Source: an uncultured Candidatus Saccharibacteria bacterium
GTDB taxonomy: Bacteria; Patescibacteriota; Minisyncoccia; UBA6257
Length of the DNA: 64,000 bases
Direction: 5' to 3'
Assembly: GCA_964618625.1 (NCBI GenBank)
Contig: CAZUBI010000001.1
Location: forward strand, 164,781-228,780
Positions 9,372-18,748 of the stretch are shown in pieces. How positions within the stretch are numbered: position 1 is the stretch's first letter; every line of letters begins with the position of its first letter. The notes under the pieces were generated by a model. It was not told the origin of the DNA and ran no database searches. It saw only the letters and a list, made by a program, of their open reading frames with translations. The translations under genes and the position numbers were made by a program.

Positions 9372-9827
9372 CTACAATGATATTTTTTCTAAAACTTTTT
9401 CAAACCCAGGCAGTAATTTCAACTTTTTTGCGTCTCTCAATCTAATCCATTTATAATCTTTTGCTTCCCAATTCAGTTTCACCTTATCTGTTCTTACCTT
9501 AACCAACACTGGATGAACAATCCATGTCTTCTTATATCGGAGCGCTTCCTGATGAAAAATCTCGCCCATACAAATGCTTTTTATTTCTTTTCCGCCAATA
9601 CCTAGCTCTTCCTTTAATTCCTCTTTTACTTTTTGCTTAAGAGTTTTTTTATCATCTAAAAATCCAGAAATGCCATTCCAATAACTCGGATAAAAAGCCA
9701 AATTTTCGCTTCGTTGAACAACTAATACTTTTCCCTTGTAATTCAAAACACAATTTATTACTGGCACCCAATGCACTTCAGTATAATCAATTTGCCCTGG
9801 TTTTGGTTTAAATTTAATCTTTTTCAT
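9372..9827 (-). CDS. NUDIX hydrolase (copy 2)
   Basis: identical protein to 5017..5472; at least 3 synonymous differences. Confidence 0.85.
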   Translation of the reverse strand: MKKIKFKPKPGQIDYTEVHWVPVINCVLNYKGKVLVVQRSENLAFYPSYWNGISGFLDDKKTLKQKVKEELKEELGIGGKEIKSICMGEIFHQEALRYKKTWIVHPVLVKVRTDKVKLNWEAKDYKWIRLRDAKKLKLLPGFEKVLEKISL

Positions 9828-9920
9828 ATTATTAACACAATAAAACTATAATAGATTTTATTTTTGAACTTGTCCTGAGCTTACCGAAGGATTAATTTTT
9901 CGACTTTTTGGTAATTTACT

Positions 9921-10568
9921 TTATTCCCATAAATCTTCTTCGGAAATTAAAAAATCTTTTCTTTCTTTTAAACTTTTTATTACTTCATTAAAATGCTTGA
10001 TGCATTCTAGAAAACCATTCTTAGAAATTTCCTTTGCCTTTTTTGTATAAAACCCCTCTTTAATAAATTTTTGAGTTCTTATTATCCCTCTTTCAATCCA
10101 TTTATCCATTGGGGTTGTTGATTCTTGTTGCGCTTTGTAAAAACTAAAAACCCCGCTAATTCCGGATTTTTCTAATCTATCCGCATCAAAAAGGATTTTC
10201 GCCTCAATTGTTTCTGGCTCTATTTTACCATCATGCGATTCTATGCAATGAGCAATTTTTTCAATTTCTTTTTTAGAATACCCGAGCTTCGGTATATCTC
10301 TTTTTATAATTGACACCCCTGCCTCTTTATGGTTTTCATGTTTACTTTCTGTTCCTCCAATATCATGCAGCAAAACAGCAGGGATTAGAATAAAATAATT
10401 TATATCATTCTCTATTTCGGCAATAATTAAAGCTCTGTATAAATCCCTTAAAACATGTTCTAAATTGTGCTGTGGAAGATTTGCCTTATCATATTTCTCT
10501 TTTGCATAATCATAAACTTTCTTTATCCGAGGATCTTTTTCAACAAAATAATCTAATTTCTTCACCAT
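9921..10568 (-). CDS. HD-domain phosphohydrolase
   Basis: HNLEHV, LLHDIG, ESH, DADRLE. Confidence 0.9.
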   Translation of the reverse strand: MVKKLDYFVEKDPRIKKVYDYAKEKYDKANLPQHNLEHVLRDLYRALIIAEIENDINYFILIPAVLLHDIGGTESKHENHKEAGVSIIKRDIPKLGYSKKEIEKIAHCIESHDGKIEPETIEAKILFDADRLEKSGISGVFSFYKAQQESTTPMDKWIERGIIRTQKFIKEGFYTKKAKEISKNGFLECIKHFNEVIKSLKERKDFLISEEDLWE

Positions 10569-10580
10569 ATTTCTAAATTT

Positions 10581-10907
10581 TTATTTTTTTGTCTTTATTA
10601 AAAATAGTCGTTTTTTAAAGCCTCCCCGCTTTTTATTTTTTACTTTTTGTTGTTTGTGAATTTGTAATTTTGTTAGACCACTTTCCGATATTAAAACATT
10701 AATTAATTCTTGAACATCAACGATTTCATTAATAACCTCTTTTTTGCCCTTGGCTTCAATTAATTCTTTTGCTTCTTCCAGTATTTTCTTCTTTATCTCT
10801 TTAATATATTCTTTTTTATTTAAAACTCGAAAATAGGGCTTTTCTTTATTTGCCTCTATAATTTCCAAAATTCTATCCCGAATTAACTTATTATGTTTTT
10901 TAATCAT
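10581..10907 (-). CDS. MazG-like/PRA-PH-like NTP pyrophosphohydrolase
   Basis: KLIRDRI..KILEEAKE..EIVDV..KRGGF. Confidence 0.8.
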   Translation of the reverse strand: MIKKHNKLIRDRILEIIEANKEKPYFRVLNKKEYIKEIKKKILEEAKELIEAKGKKEVINEIVDVQELINVLISESGLTKLQIHKQQKVKNKKRGGFKKRLFLIKTKK

Positions 10908-10965
10908 TTTTATTTCTCAATTAATTTTTGACGTTTTTATTTTCTATAACTTCAATTATCAGTAT

Positions 10966-11541
10966 TTATATTTCTTTTTTTCTTTCATTTAAATACTTCC
11001 CAAATAAAGATTTCGTAGTTTTTGTTGAAAAGGGTCTTTTTATTAACTTCTCTTCATTTTCTAAATACTCAACCATAGCTTTTTTATCCTTTCTAAGAAT
11101 ATTCTTCATAATAGAAAATCCTTTTAGTGTTGCCATCCACATAAAGTCCAAATCGTTAAATACACCTAAAATGAGATCCTCCTTGTATATTTTATCTTCT
11201 CCTAATGCCCAATTATCATGAACCGATACATAGTATGAAATTTGGTTAATTTTATCTTTATTATAATTTAATTTCATTAAAATATTCCTTGATATTTTTT
11301 CTCCCTCCTCCATATGAGCCTTACGTAAATTAAGATCGAGAGGATTGCCTGATTCTATATTTCTATATCCAACATCATGTAAAATAACAAGCGGCAATAA
11401 TAAAGAATCGTCAATATTTTCTTCTTCGCATATAAACATAGCATCCTTCATCATCCAATTTATATGCTCTATATCATTAGGCCGCCCTTTTTCATAATAA
11501 GGCTTTGCTAACTTCCAGATATCTTTATATACTTCTTTCAC
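10966..11541 (-). CDS. HD-domain protein
   Basis: DIEH, ILHDVGY, HM.EG, VHD; GTG start. Confidence 0.85.
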   Translation of the reverse strand: MKEVYKDIWKLAKPYYEKGRPNDIEHINWMMKDAMFICEEENIDDSLLLPLVILHDVGYRNIESGNPLDLNLRKAHMEEGEKISRNILMKLNYNKDKINQISYYVSVHDNWALGEDKIYKEDLILGVFNDLDFMWMATLKGFSIMKNILRKDKKAMVEYLENEEKLIKRPFSTKTTKSLFGKYLNERKKEI

Positions 11542-11564
11542 TTTTTTAAAGATTTTATTTTCAA

Positions 11565-12167
11565 TTAATTTTTGACCTTTTGGTTAGATTTTTCGGAAAG
11601 TCTTATATATTTGATTAGTTTATTACCATCAATTAATTCAATTGGTTTATCTTCTGCAAATCTTTCAGCTTCTTCAGTAAAAAAATTAGTTGTGATAAAA
11701 AAAGCTTTATCATTAGATAATTTATCAGATAAAGCCCCACAAAACTCCCTAACGTCTTTAACTCCTACTTTATTATTATAATGCTTGCATTGAATATAGT
11801 GTTTTATTCCATCTTTTTCAGCAATAACATCAATTCCTTCATCATATGAACTACCAATAACCCTAGTTTTATATCCCAATTTATTAAATAAATCTCCAAT
11901 ATAATGTTCGAATTCCCAATGTTTTAAATTGTTCAACCACTTTATTAATTCTCCATCAGTGTTAAATTGACTTCGTTTATGAATTTTAGATCTTTTAATC
12001 AACAACCTTACTACGATCAGAGCAGCTAAAAACGCTAGCCCCCATAATAACAACTTCCAAAAAAGTACTTTATTTGTCCATAAAAAGATTAGTAGAAAAA
12101 GTACATAAACAATACCTACTTCTTTTAAAATATCTTCTAGTGTGTCTAACCATGCTTTTCTTGACAT
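11565..12167 (-). CDS. Mrr-like restriction endonuclease with N-terminal TM helices
   Basis: FEHYI.DLF..LGY, DEGIDV, IQCKHY, VREF.G, ELIDG; ends NQKVKN* in repeat. Confidence 0.9.
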   Translation of the reverse strand: MSRKAWLDTLEDILKEVGIVYVLFLLIFLWTNKVLFWKLLLWGLAFLAALIVVRLLIKRSKIHKRSQFNTDGELIKWLNNLKHWEFEHYIGDLFNKLGYKTRVIGSSYDEGIDVIAEKDGIKHYIQCKHYNNKVGVKDVREFCGALSDKLSNDKAFFITTNFFTEEAERFAEDKPIELIDGNKLIKYIRLSEKSNQKVKN

Positions 12168-12234
12168 ATTTTTATAATTAAATTATTTTTCAATTAATTT
12201 TTGACCTTTCACGAAGTTGAAATTTATAAGGTTA

Positions 12235-12591
12235 TTATTTTCTACTGAAAATGAGCATCGTTATAAAAATAATAACTGAAGGTATCCCAAAAGCTAATGC
12301 AAGTGTTTTGTTGCCAGAAACAAAATAATTTATAGAAAAACCAACGCCTCCAATTGATAGAAACTTAAACAACTCTATCCAAAAAAAGGTTTTTTGTCTT
12401 TCTTCTAAAACTACATTCTTTTTTTCTTGTTCAAATTTCTCCTCCCTCATTTTTTCAAGTTCATCCTGCGTTTCTTTTAAAGATTCTTTCAGTGTTTTAT
12501 TTTCATTAATAACAATTTTTACTACGCCCGGGCTTTTCAGGTCTTTTTTGGTTAAATCCGTTATTTTTTTATTATTTTTGTGACCCGACAT
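12235..12591 (-). CDS. coiled-coil plus 2-TM protein
   Basis: charged heptad N-terminus, two C-terminal hydrophobic helices; starts 1 nt after upstream stop. Confidence 0.7.
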   Translation of the reverse strand: MSGHKNNKKITDLTKKDLKSPGVVKIVINENKTLKESLKETQDELEKMREEKFEQEKKNVVLEERQKTFFWIELFKFLSIGGVGFSINYFVSGNKTLALAFGIPSVIIFITMLIFSRK

Positions 12592-12592
12592 G

Positions 12593-12970
12593 TTAAGTAA
12601 AAAATAGGTTTATCGGGTCCTTTTCTGACCAAGAAAAAGATTTAAATGGTTTAAATGGAACAAATTCAGTAAATGGACGAAATGATTCGAATTCTACAAA
12701 CCCTGGAAATGGCTTAAATTGTTTAAACGGGAAAAATGGCGCAGGATAATCAGTCGGATTTTCGCCAAACCCAACACAATTGCCACCCTTATCTCTCATT
12801 ATCCCATTCTCAAACCAGCCAACGTATCTCCCAGAATAATTAAAAAGATTTCCATCTTTTACAAAACCAATGCTTTTGCCGGGAAAGCTAACTAACCTAC
12901 CATTATCAAGTAGCCTTAAGGTTGGCGCTCCGTATCTATTGTAAATTGTGTCAATTTCTTGCTCGTTCAT
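12593..12970 (-). CDS. 4-fold beta-flower-like domain protein
   Basis: four repeats of [YF]xxxGxxVG[WF]; Pro/Phe periodic tail. Confidence 0.65.
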   Translation of the reverse strand: MNEQEIDTIYNRYGAPTLRLLDNGRLVSFPGKSIGFVKDGNLFNYSGRYVGWFENGIMRDKGGNCVGFGENPTDYPAPFFPFKQFKPFPGFVEFESFRPFTEFVPFKPFKSFSWSEKDPINLFFT

Positions 12971-13085
12971 AAATGAGACGATACTTTACAACTTACGTTT
13001 TTATCTCCCCGCTCATTAATTTTGGTAAAAGTAAATCACGAAGGATATTTTAATTTTAATTTTATTTCTCAATTAATTTTTCGAT

Positions 13086-13412
13086 CTAAAAATGAAAATT
13101 CTTAAGCCAATGAACTATTTTTTGAAACGACTTTGTCCTCGACAAAACACTTCCCAGCCATCCCATAATTAATCCTAAAATTGATAATATAATTGCAGCA
13201 GCATAAGGATTTTCAAAAAGTTTTACAAGATTTTCCTGTTTTGAAAAAAAACTATATAATAAAAACATTAAAAGACCCCAGAGTGCACTAAGTGCAAAAT
13301 ATTCAAAATCCCTTTTTTCTTTTGATCCTATAAAATAACGAAACGACCAGACTGTAATAAATCCAGGTATAACAAAGAGAAAAAAATGAAAATTCAATGG
13401 TTGTTCTAGCAT
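13086..13412 (-). CDS. 3-TM membrane protein
   Basis: IPGFI motif, hydrophobic segments. Confidence 0.7.
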   Translation of the reverse strand: MLEQPLNFHFFLFVIPGFITVWSFRYFIGSKEKRDFEYFALSALWGLLMFLLYSFFSKQENLVKLFENPYAAAIILSILGLIMGWLGSVLSRTKSFQKIVHWLKNFHF

Positions 13413-13441
13413 ATTAATATTATGAATATTTTAGAAATTTA

Positions 13442-14185
13442 TTAATTTTTGACCCTTTGGTTTGGAGTGCTTAAGACTTCTTTTAAAAGTTGCGTAGCAG
13501 GATTAATAGGGCGCGCAATTCCAAGTCCAACGATTTCATATCTTTGTTGCTTTCCAACAATTGGTTTTGCAAATCGACCACTAATAAAACCTATGATCCT
13601 ACTAGATTTTTGAGAAAAAACTGGAGATCCACTAAATCCTTTGTCGCAATTTGTGTCTAAATAAAATAGCTCCGTTTTCTTTGTATTAGAATTCTTTTTG
13701 ATTGTAGCTATTATTGCATGAATATTTACAAAAGAAACGTTTTTTCTACCTGAAGAAATAGCCATTGTTGACTCGGGAAATCCAGAGAAAAAAAGTTTTT
13801 CACCTTCTTTAACTTTTTCAGAATCAGCAATAGCTAAAGGCTTAATGAACTGCTTTTTATCTTTATTAGCTCCCTCAGATATTTTCAGTAACTCAATAAT
13901 AACACAATCATTAATTATGTCTTGAGTTACAAATTTAGCATCACACATAATATAGTTAAATTCGTCTGATGAATCTAAAATCCAAATTTTTAGATTTCCC
14001 TTATCTTTATCAGGTATTTGATTATACACATGTGCCGCTGAAACAAAATAAGACGAGGATACACAAAAAGTTGTTCCTCTTATACCTAAAATTGTTTTTC
14101 CATTATTAGTACTGAAAAAACCAATAATCCCAATTGATGGTTTAACTCTCTCAATAAACTTCTCCAATGAATTTCTAAAACACAT
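13442..14185 (-). CDS. trypsin-like serine protease
   Basis: SAAHV, D, GFP, GFSGSPV; ends NQRVKN* in repeat. Confidence 0.85.
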   Translation of the reverse strand: MCFRNSLEKFIERVKPSIGIIGFFSTNNGKTILGIRGTTFCVSSSYFVSAAHVYNQIPDKDKGNLKIWILDSSDEFNYIMCDAKFVTQDIINDCVIIELLKISEGANKDKKQFIKPLAIADSEKVKEGEKLFFSGFPESTMAISSGRKNVSFVNIHAIIATIKKNSNTKKTELFYLDTNCDKGFSGSPVFSQKSSRIIGFISGRFAKPIVGKQQRYEIVGLGIARPINPATQLLKEVLSTPNQRVKN

Positions 14186-14270
14186 AAATTTTTAAATTAA
14201 TTTTTGACCTTTTAAAATTTCTCCTAATTTTTTGGTGACTAGGACATAAATATAATTGCTTACTCGATAA

Positions 14271-16112
14271 TTATTTATTCTCATCAATTTGTGGTATAAG
14301 AAGTTGCGGTCGTTCTTTTATTTCTTGTTGAATAAATTTATCTAAGCTATCCTTTATTAAAATGAGTTGGGCGCGTTGTTTTTCTGTCAATTTAAATTCC
14401 ACATCTTTTAAATCTCCATCCTTAAATAAAATACCAAGCGCTTGTATTTCCCGAGGCTTACTAGGATTATTTGATGGTAAATTAAACTCGGTCCGAATAT
14501 TTTCTATAAGATCTCCGAAGTCATCTATTTCTTTCTTCAAAACCGTTTCTAAATTTTTACCAAATACTAACAACCTATTGTTAATTACTATCTCTGCATT
14601 TTTAACCTTCCTAATATCATCCATGGAAATATCGAAAGCGGTTGAATCTTTATTTTGAGCACTAGATTGATTAAGCACTTTAATAATTCTTTCGTTTATG
14701 CCATTTTCGCTGTTTGCCTCATCTCTATCAATCACTATAAGACAAGGGATTCCGAAAGCAGTAAGAAAAGTATAAATGGATGGAATATTATTTTTTCCAT
14801 CCGCTATTACCAACGCAAATTGATTTTTATCAATATTTGAAAAAGAATGAAATACCTCTGCGTCAGAGGGCCCTTCTACAATAACCGCTCTAGGAGCGAA
14901 AAGAGCTTCCCTCAAGCCGTTTGCAACTGTTTCAATAAGACTGTAATGAATATGTTGATCACTAATATTCTCTTTCTGTTGTCCCAAAGAAATTGTATGC
15001 TTCCTAAGTAGGGTACTATCCACATGTCTAACACTTATATTTTTATTTTCTTCCCATAAGACAACTATGTCTTCAAAGCTCCCGCAATCAATAAAATCTT
15101 CCGAATGAGTAGTATAAATTATTTGCCCTTCGGTATCCTCAGTTTTAATAGCTTGTTTCAAAACAGTAAACAAAGTTTTTCTTGCTTGTGGATGAAGGTA
15201 GCTTTCTGGCTCTTCTACTAAAAGCACAGCCCGATTATTTCTACTGTGTCTTTTCAAATAAGTTCGATAAATAGCTATAATTGCTAGTCTTTGAACACCT
15301 TCTCCTAATGTTTCCAACGGAACTTTGTTGCCATGTCTTTTAACCGAAAGCTTAAACTGACGATAATACCGCCATGGTTCATAATCAAGAAACTCCAGAT
15401 CTGTTCCACTAAGATTTAGAGGCTTAATCTGGCCCCAAAAAGTTTTTATATCTTTCTCAATATTCTTAAATTCCTGAGGGGCTCTTAATACCTTGACTGC
15501 ATCCGATATTTTCTTTTCAAATTCTTCTACTTTTTTCCCTTCATCTTCTTCGCTAAATATTCTTTCAACCTTCTGCAACATTCTCCCCAAAACACCCCAC
15601 TTGTTTGATGGTTGTTCGCCCTGAAGTTTTATCAGAGGAATCGTAATAACAACTGGTAAATTATTCTTGATATCCTGGCTTATTCTTATTTCGTTCTCCC
15701 ATTTATTTTTGGCTATTTCCCAATCACATTTATTAAAATCGTTTATCGTGTTGAGGAGAAAATAGTCAACACCAACAGAAGATTCACCATATCCAGTTTT
15801 TAAATGGTAGGCTTCAATAAGCAAACCGATAACTTCTTTATTTTCCCCGTAATAGGAAATTTCAATTGGGCTATTAAATTCCGCCGCTAGAATAATCTTT
15901 CTAGAAAGTTTATTGTTATAAAAATCATTTTCATTAAATTGGCTAGATGGCCATTTATCACCAAACAAAATATCTAGTGCCTTCAAAATGGTACTTTTGC
16001 CAACATTATTTGGACCAATCAAAGCAGTAAGACCAGAATTAGAAAATTCTATTATGACTGGTTCATCACCAAAACAGCGATAATTTTTTATTAGAAGCCT
16101 TTTTATAAACAT
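14271..16112 (-). CDS. OLD-family ATP-dependent endonuclease (ABC ATPase + TOPRIM)
   Basis: GPNNVGKS Walker A, LGEG, VEEPE.LHP, TTHS, VEGPSD, DRD. Confidence 0.9.
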   Translation of the reverse strand: MFIKRLLIKNYRCFGDEPVIIEFSNSGLTALIGPNNVGKSTILKALDILFGDKWPSSQFNENDFYNNKLSRKIILAAEFNSPIEISYYGENKEVIGLLIEAYHLKTGYGESSVGVDYFLLNTINDFNKCDWEIAKNKWENEIRISQDIKNNLPVVITIPLIKLQGEQPSNKWGVLGRMLQKVERIFSEEDEGKKVEEFEKKISDAVKVLRAPQEFKNIEKDIKTFWGQIKPLNLSGTDLEFLDYEPWRYYRQFKLSVKRHGNKVPLETLGEGVQRLAIIAIYRTYLKRHSRNNRAVLLVEEPESYLHPQARKTLFTVLKQAIKTEDTEGQIIYTTHSEDFIDCGSFEDIVVLWEENKNISVRHVDSTLLRKHTISLGQQKENISDQHIHYSLIETVANGLREALFAPRAVIVEGPSDAEVFHSFSNIDKNQFALVIADGKNNIPSIYTFLTAFGIPCLIVIDRDEANSENGINERIIKVLNQSSAQNKDSTAFDISMDDIRKVKNAEIVINNRLLVFGKNLETVLKKEIDDFGDLIENIRTEFNLPSNNPSKPREIQALGILFKDGDLKDVEFKLTEKQRAQLILIKDSLDKFIQQEIKERPQLLIPQIDENK

Positions 16113-16269
16113 AAAGATTTTAGTTCTTCAATTTTTCCCAATATTTCTTCCTATTTTTTATTATTTTTTATTTTCGACCTTTTTTATTTTTCAACTTGTC
16201 CTGAGCCTGTCGAAGGATTAATTTTTGACCTTTTGGTTATTACGTTCAAAAATCAGACCTCATAATAAA

Positions 16270-17883
16270 TTAACTTTCGGACTCAGTGCCCATAGTCATA
16301 AAAGATACATTGTATCTAAATGCTCCATTCAATCTTTTTTGTGCATTTCGTAAATTTATTTTGCTAAAAAATGGAATATCAATTAAATTTCCATGCTTAC
16401 TGACAATCGCAAAAACAATTGTATATTCTGATGACTCTGGTCTTGTAATGGGCACTAATGATCTATGCGAAGAAGGTAAGATATCTCGCACTTTTTTTCT
16501 AAACTCTACATCAGACAAAAACAATTCTCCCGATACAAGACCTTGCGAAAATAGATGACTTAATACTGATGATGCGCCATATCGTTTGACATGAATAATC
16601 TTTTTATCACTGGTTAAAAGATCACAAAATTCAATCTTGCTATGGGCACCACCGTGAGAAACAAGTTTGCTATCCATATTACACACTCCTGAAAGCTCCA
16701 CGGATACTCTCTTATTATACTCGTCTTCCTTCTCTCCTTTTTGAGATTCTGGCAAACTAACAACTGGTGTAATCGTTCGGATACCCTCAAAATGATTATT
16801 AATTTCGTTAGCGAAATTAGTCTCTACTTCATACCATCTCCCATTGCTCAAAATATATGTTTTATCATTCTTTGTTAACTCTCCATATAAACAATTATAT
16901 GCTTTCCAGTGATCAATTAACTCCTCATTTTCTGCACCAATGCAATCAATAATTTCCGATTTAAATATTCCCAATGATAAATTATCACGAGCATTTGGAT
17001 CTAATGCCATAATAAAATCTTGTAAATAAATATCGTCACCTAGCGAATTTTTATTGCTTTCCATGCGAAATTCTAAAACTTTTTCCCATGGAATAATACT
17101 TGGAATTGCCATCCAAATTTTTTCTATATCTTCTATGCCTGAATTCTTAACTTTTTCTATCAGCTCATTATTTAATTCCTCAATAATCTTCGGGGATTTA
17201 ATTTCTGCAATATTATCTATCCAACTAAAATTGTTTTTATAATCACTACTATTATATTTTTCATAACATAATTTAAGAAAATTCTTGATATTTTTTAATT
17301 TTATTTTTATAGAAAGTGACAAAGCATCTTTTCCTGTAACTGTTTGTCCAAACTCTTCAAATTTCGATTTACCAGTCATTCCTTGTAGTAAATCTTGCTC
17401 AATATCAATTCCAAAATCTGCAACTGACCCACTTCTGGTCATTTGTTCAGTCACAAGCTTTGGAATAACTGTCATGTTCTTCCTATCAATATTTCTAATA
17501 TTCTCATGGTCAATTATATTAACTAAAACTTTGAGCCCAAACCGTTCTTCCCATACACCAGGATTCAAAAGCGTTCTACCATAACCAAATGTTACAGCAA
17601 ACAATCTACCTTCCACTTGAACAAGAAGGACTGCTTTTGCGCTGGCACTAAATATCTTAAGTTTATTATTGCCGTTTAGTTTTATATAATTATCAAAATC
17701 ACTCCCAAAAAACTTTTTAAGCCAAGTCGGTGAAAATATGTATGACTCCCCATAATAAATGTTCCCTACCTCATCTATTTGTTCGGTACTCAAATCATCA
17801 ACATTTTTAAAAATATCTACATCATTTGTATATTCATCTTTGATGAGATAAATCGTTAATTTGTTGCAATATTCTCTTGGCAT
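16270..17883 (-). CDS. DUF6119/TIGR04141-like protein (C-terminal nuclease-like)
   Basis: FGYGR, ERFGLKV, GRWY, E..YN, IEFCDLL..IIHVKR..SS.LSHLFSQG. Confidence 0.8.
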   Translation of the reverse strand: MPREYCNKLTIYLIKDEYTNDVDIFKNVDDLSTEQIDEVGNIYYGESYIFSPTWLKKFFGSDFDNYIKLNGNNKLKIFSASAKAVLLVQVEGRLFAVTFGYGRTLLNPGVWEERFGLKVLVNIIDHENIRNIDRKNMTVIPKLVTEQMTRSGSVADFGIDIEQDLLQGMTGKSKFEEFGQTVTGKDALSLSIKIKLKNIKNFLKLCYEKYNSSDYKNNFSWIDNIAEIKSPKIIEELNNELIEKVKNSGIEDIEKIWMAIPSIIPWEKVLEFRMESNKNSLGDDIYLQDFIMALDPNARDNLSLGIFKSEIIDCIGAENEELIDHWKAYNCLYGELTKNDKTYILSNGRWYEVETNFANEINNHFEGIRTITPVVSLPESQKGEKEDEYNKRVSVELSGVCNMDSKLVSHGGAHSKIEFCDLLTSDKKIIHVKRYGASSVLSHLFSQGLVSGELFLSDVEFRKKVRDILPSSHRSLVPITRPESSEYTIVFAIVSKHGNLIDIPFFSKINLRNAQKRLNGAFRYNVSFMTMGTESES

Positions 17884-17893
17884 ACTTTTTCAA

Positions 17894-18697
17894 TTAATTT
17901 TTGACCTTTTGGTTGGGCAATTTTGAAGGTTGAATCTCTAAACGGTTTATTAAAAAATTACCAGATTCGAATTGTTCTTTTTGATTTTGATTTAAAGAAT
18001 TTTCTAAATATCCCAAAAGGTTATCCAAAATCTGTTTGCTATCTCCAACTAGTTGGTGATAGCTGTCAGAATTTCTAAGATCATTAAAATCCCATAAGGC
18101 TCTAAGCCCATTTTTAAAATTAGCCTTAAGAACAGTAATTATTTCTTCTATATGATTTTTTGCTTCTCCGATGTTTTCCGCAATTAAATATCTGATGGTT
18201 CTAAGGTAATAAAAAATTATTTGATTTTCAGGATCTAATAAGGTTTTTTGGAAAATACCCATCATTTGAATACTATTTATTGTTTCATCAAAATTATGGA
18301 AGTCTTTTATAAGTAAGTAAGCCTCTAAAAGTTCTAAGGTGGTATTAGAATCTGGTTTAATATATGAGGCTTCTTTTAACCTATTTATGGCGCTAATATA
18401 GTTTCTCGTTTTAATATGGCTCCTTCCATCCTGTTCTAATCTTTCAAATCTATTCTCTATTAGTTGCTTAAAAACAAGCCAAATAGAAAATATCGCGAAA
18501 ACTAAAATGCCTATTTGGGTTAAAAAATTCAAAAACCCAAATAACAAATTCAAGTCTTCTGCCATATCTAATCTCCGAATCATAGAAATTCCAAATATTA
18601 CCAAAATTAAAGTTCCTACCACGACCGTAGTCCAAAATCTTATATTAAAGGATGGAAACTTAAATATTTTTTCCCAAAATGTTTTTTTGTTATTCAT
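17894..18697 (-). CDS. 2-TM plus helical-repeat (TPR-like) protein
   Basis: N-terminal TM pair, helical C-terminus; ends NQKVKN* in repeat. Confidence 0.65.
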   Translation of the reverse strand: MNNKKTFWEKIFKFPSFNIRFWTTVVVGTLILVIFGISMIRRLDMAEDLNLLFGFLNFLTQIGILVFAIFSIWLVFKQLIENRFERLEQDGRSHIKTRNYISAINRLKEASYIKPDSNTTLELLEAYLLIKDFHNFDETINSIQMMGIFQKTLLDPENQIIFYYLRTIRYLIAENIGEAKNHIEEIITVLKANFKNGLRALWDFNDLRNSDSYHQLVGDSKQILDNLLGYLENSLNQNQKEQFESGNFLINRLEIQPSKLPNQKVKN

Positions 18698-18748
18698 ATT
18701 CTCTTAATCCTTTTGTTCGTTAAGATAATTTAAGCATTAAAGTCAAAT

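Noticed and set aside
14271-16112. Gabija or retron system
   Set aside because: No UvrD helicase, reverse transcriptase or msr-msd nearby.
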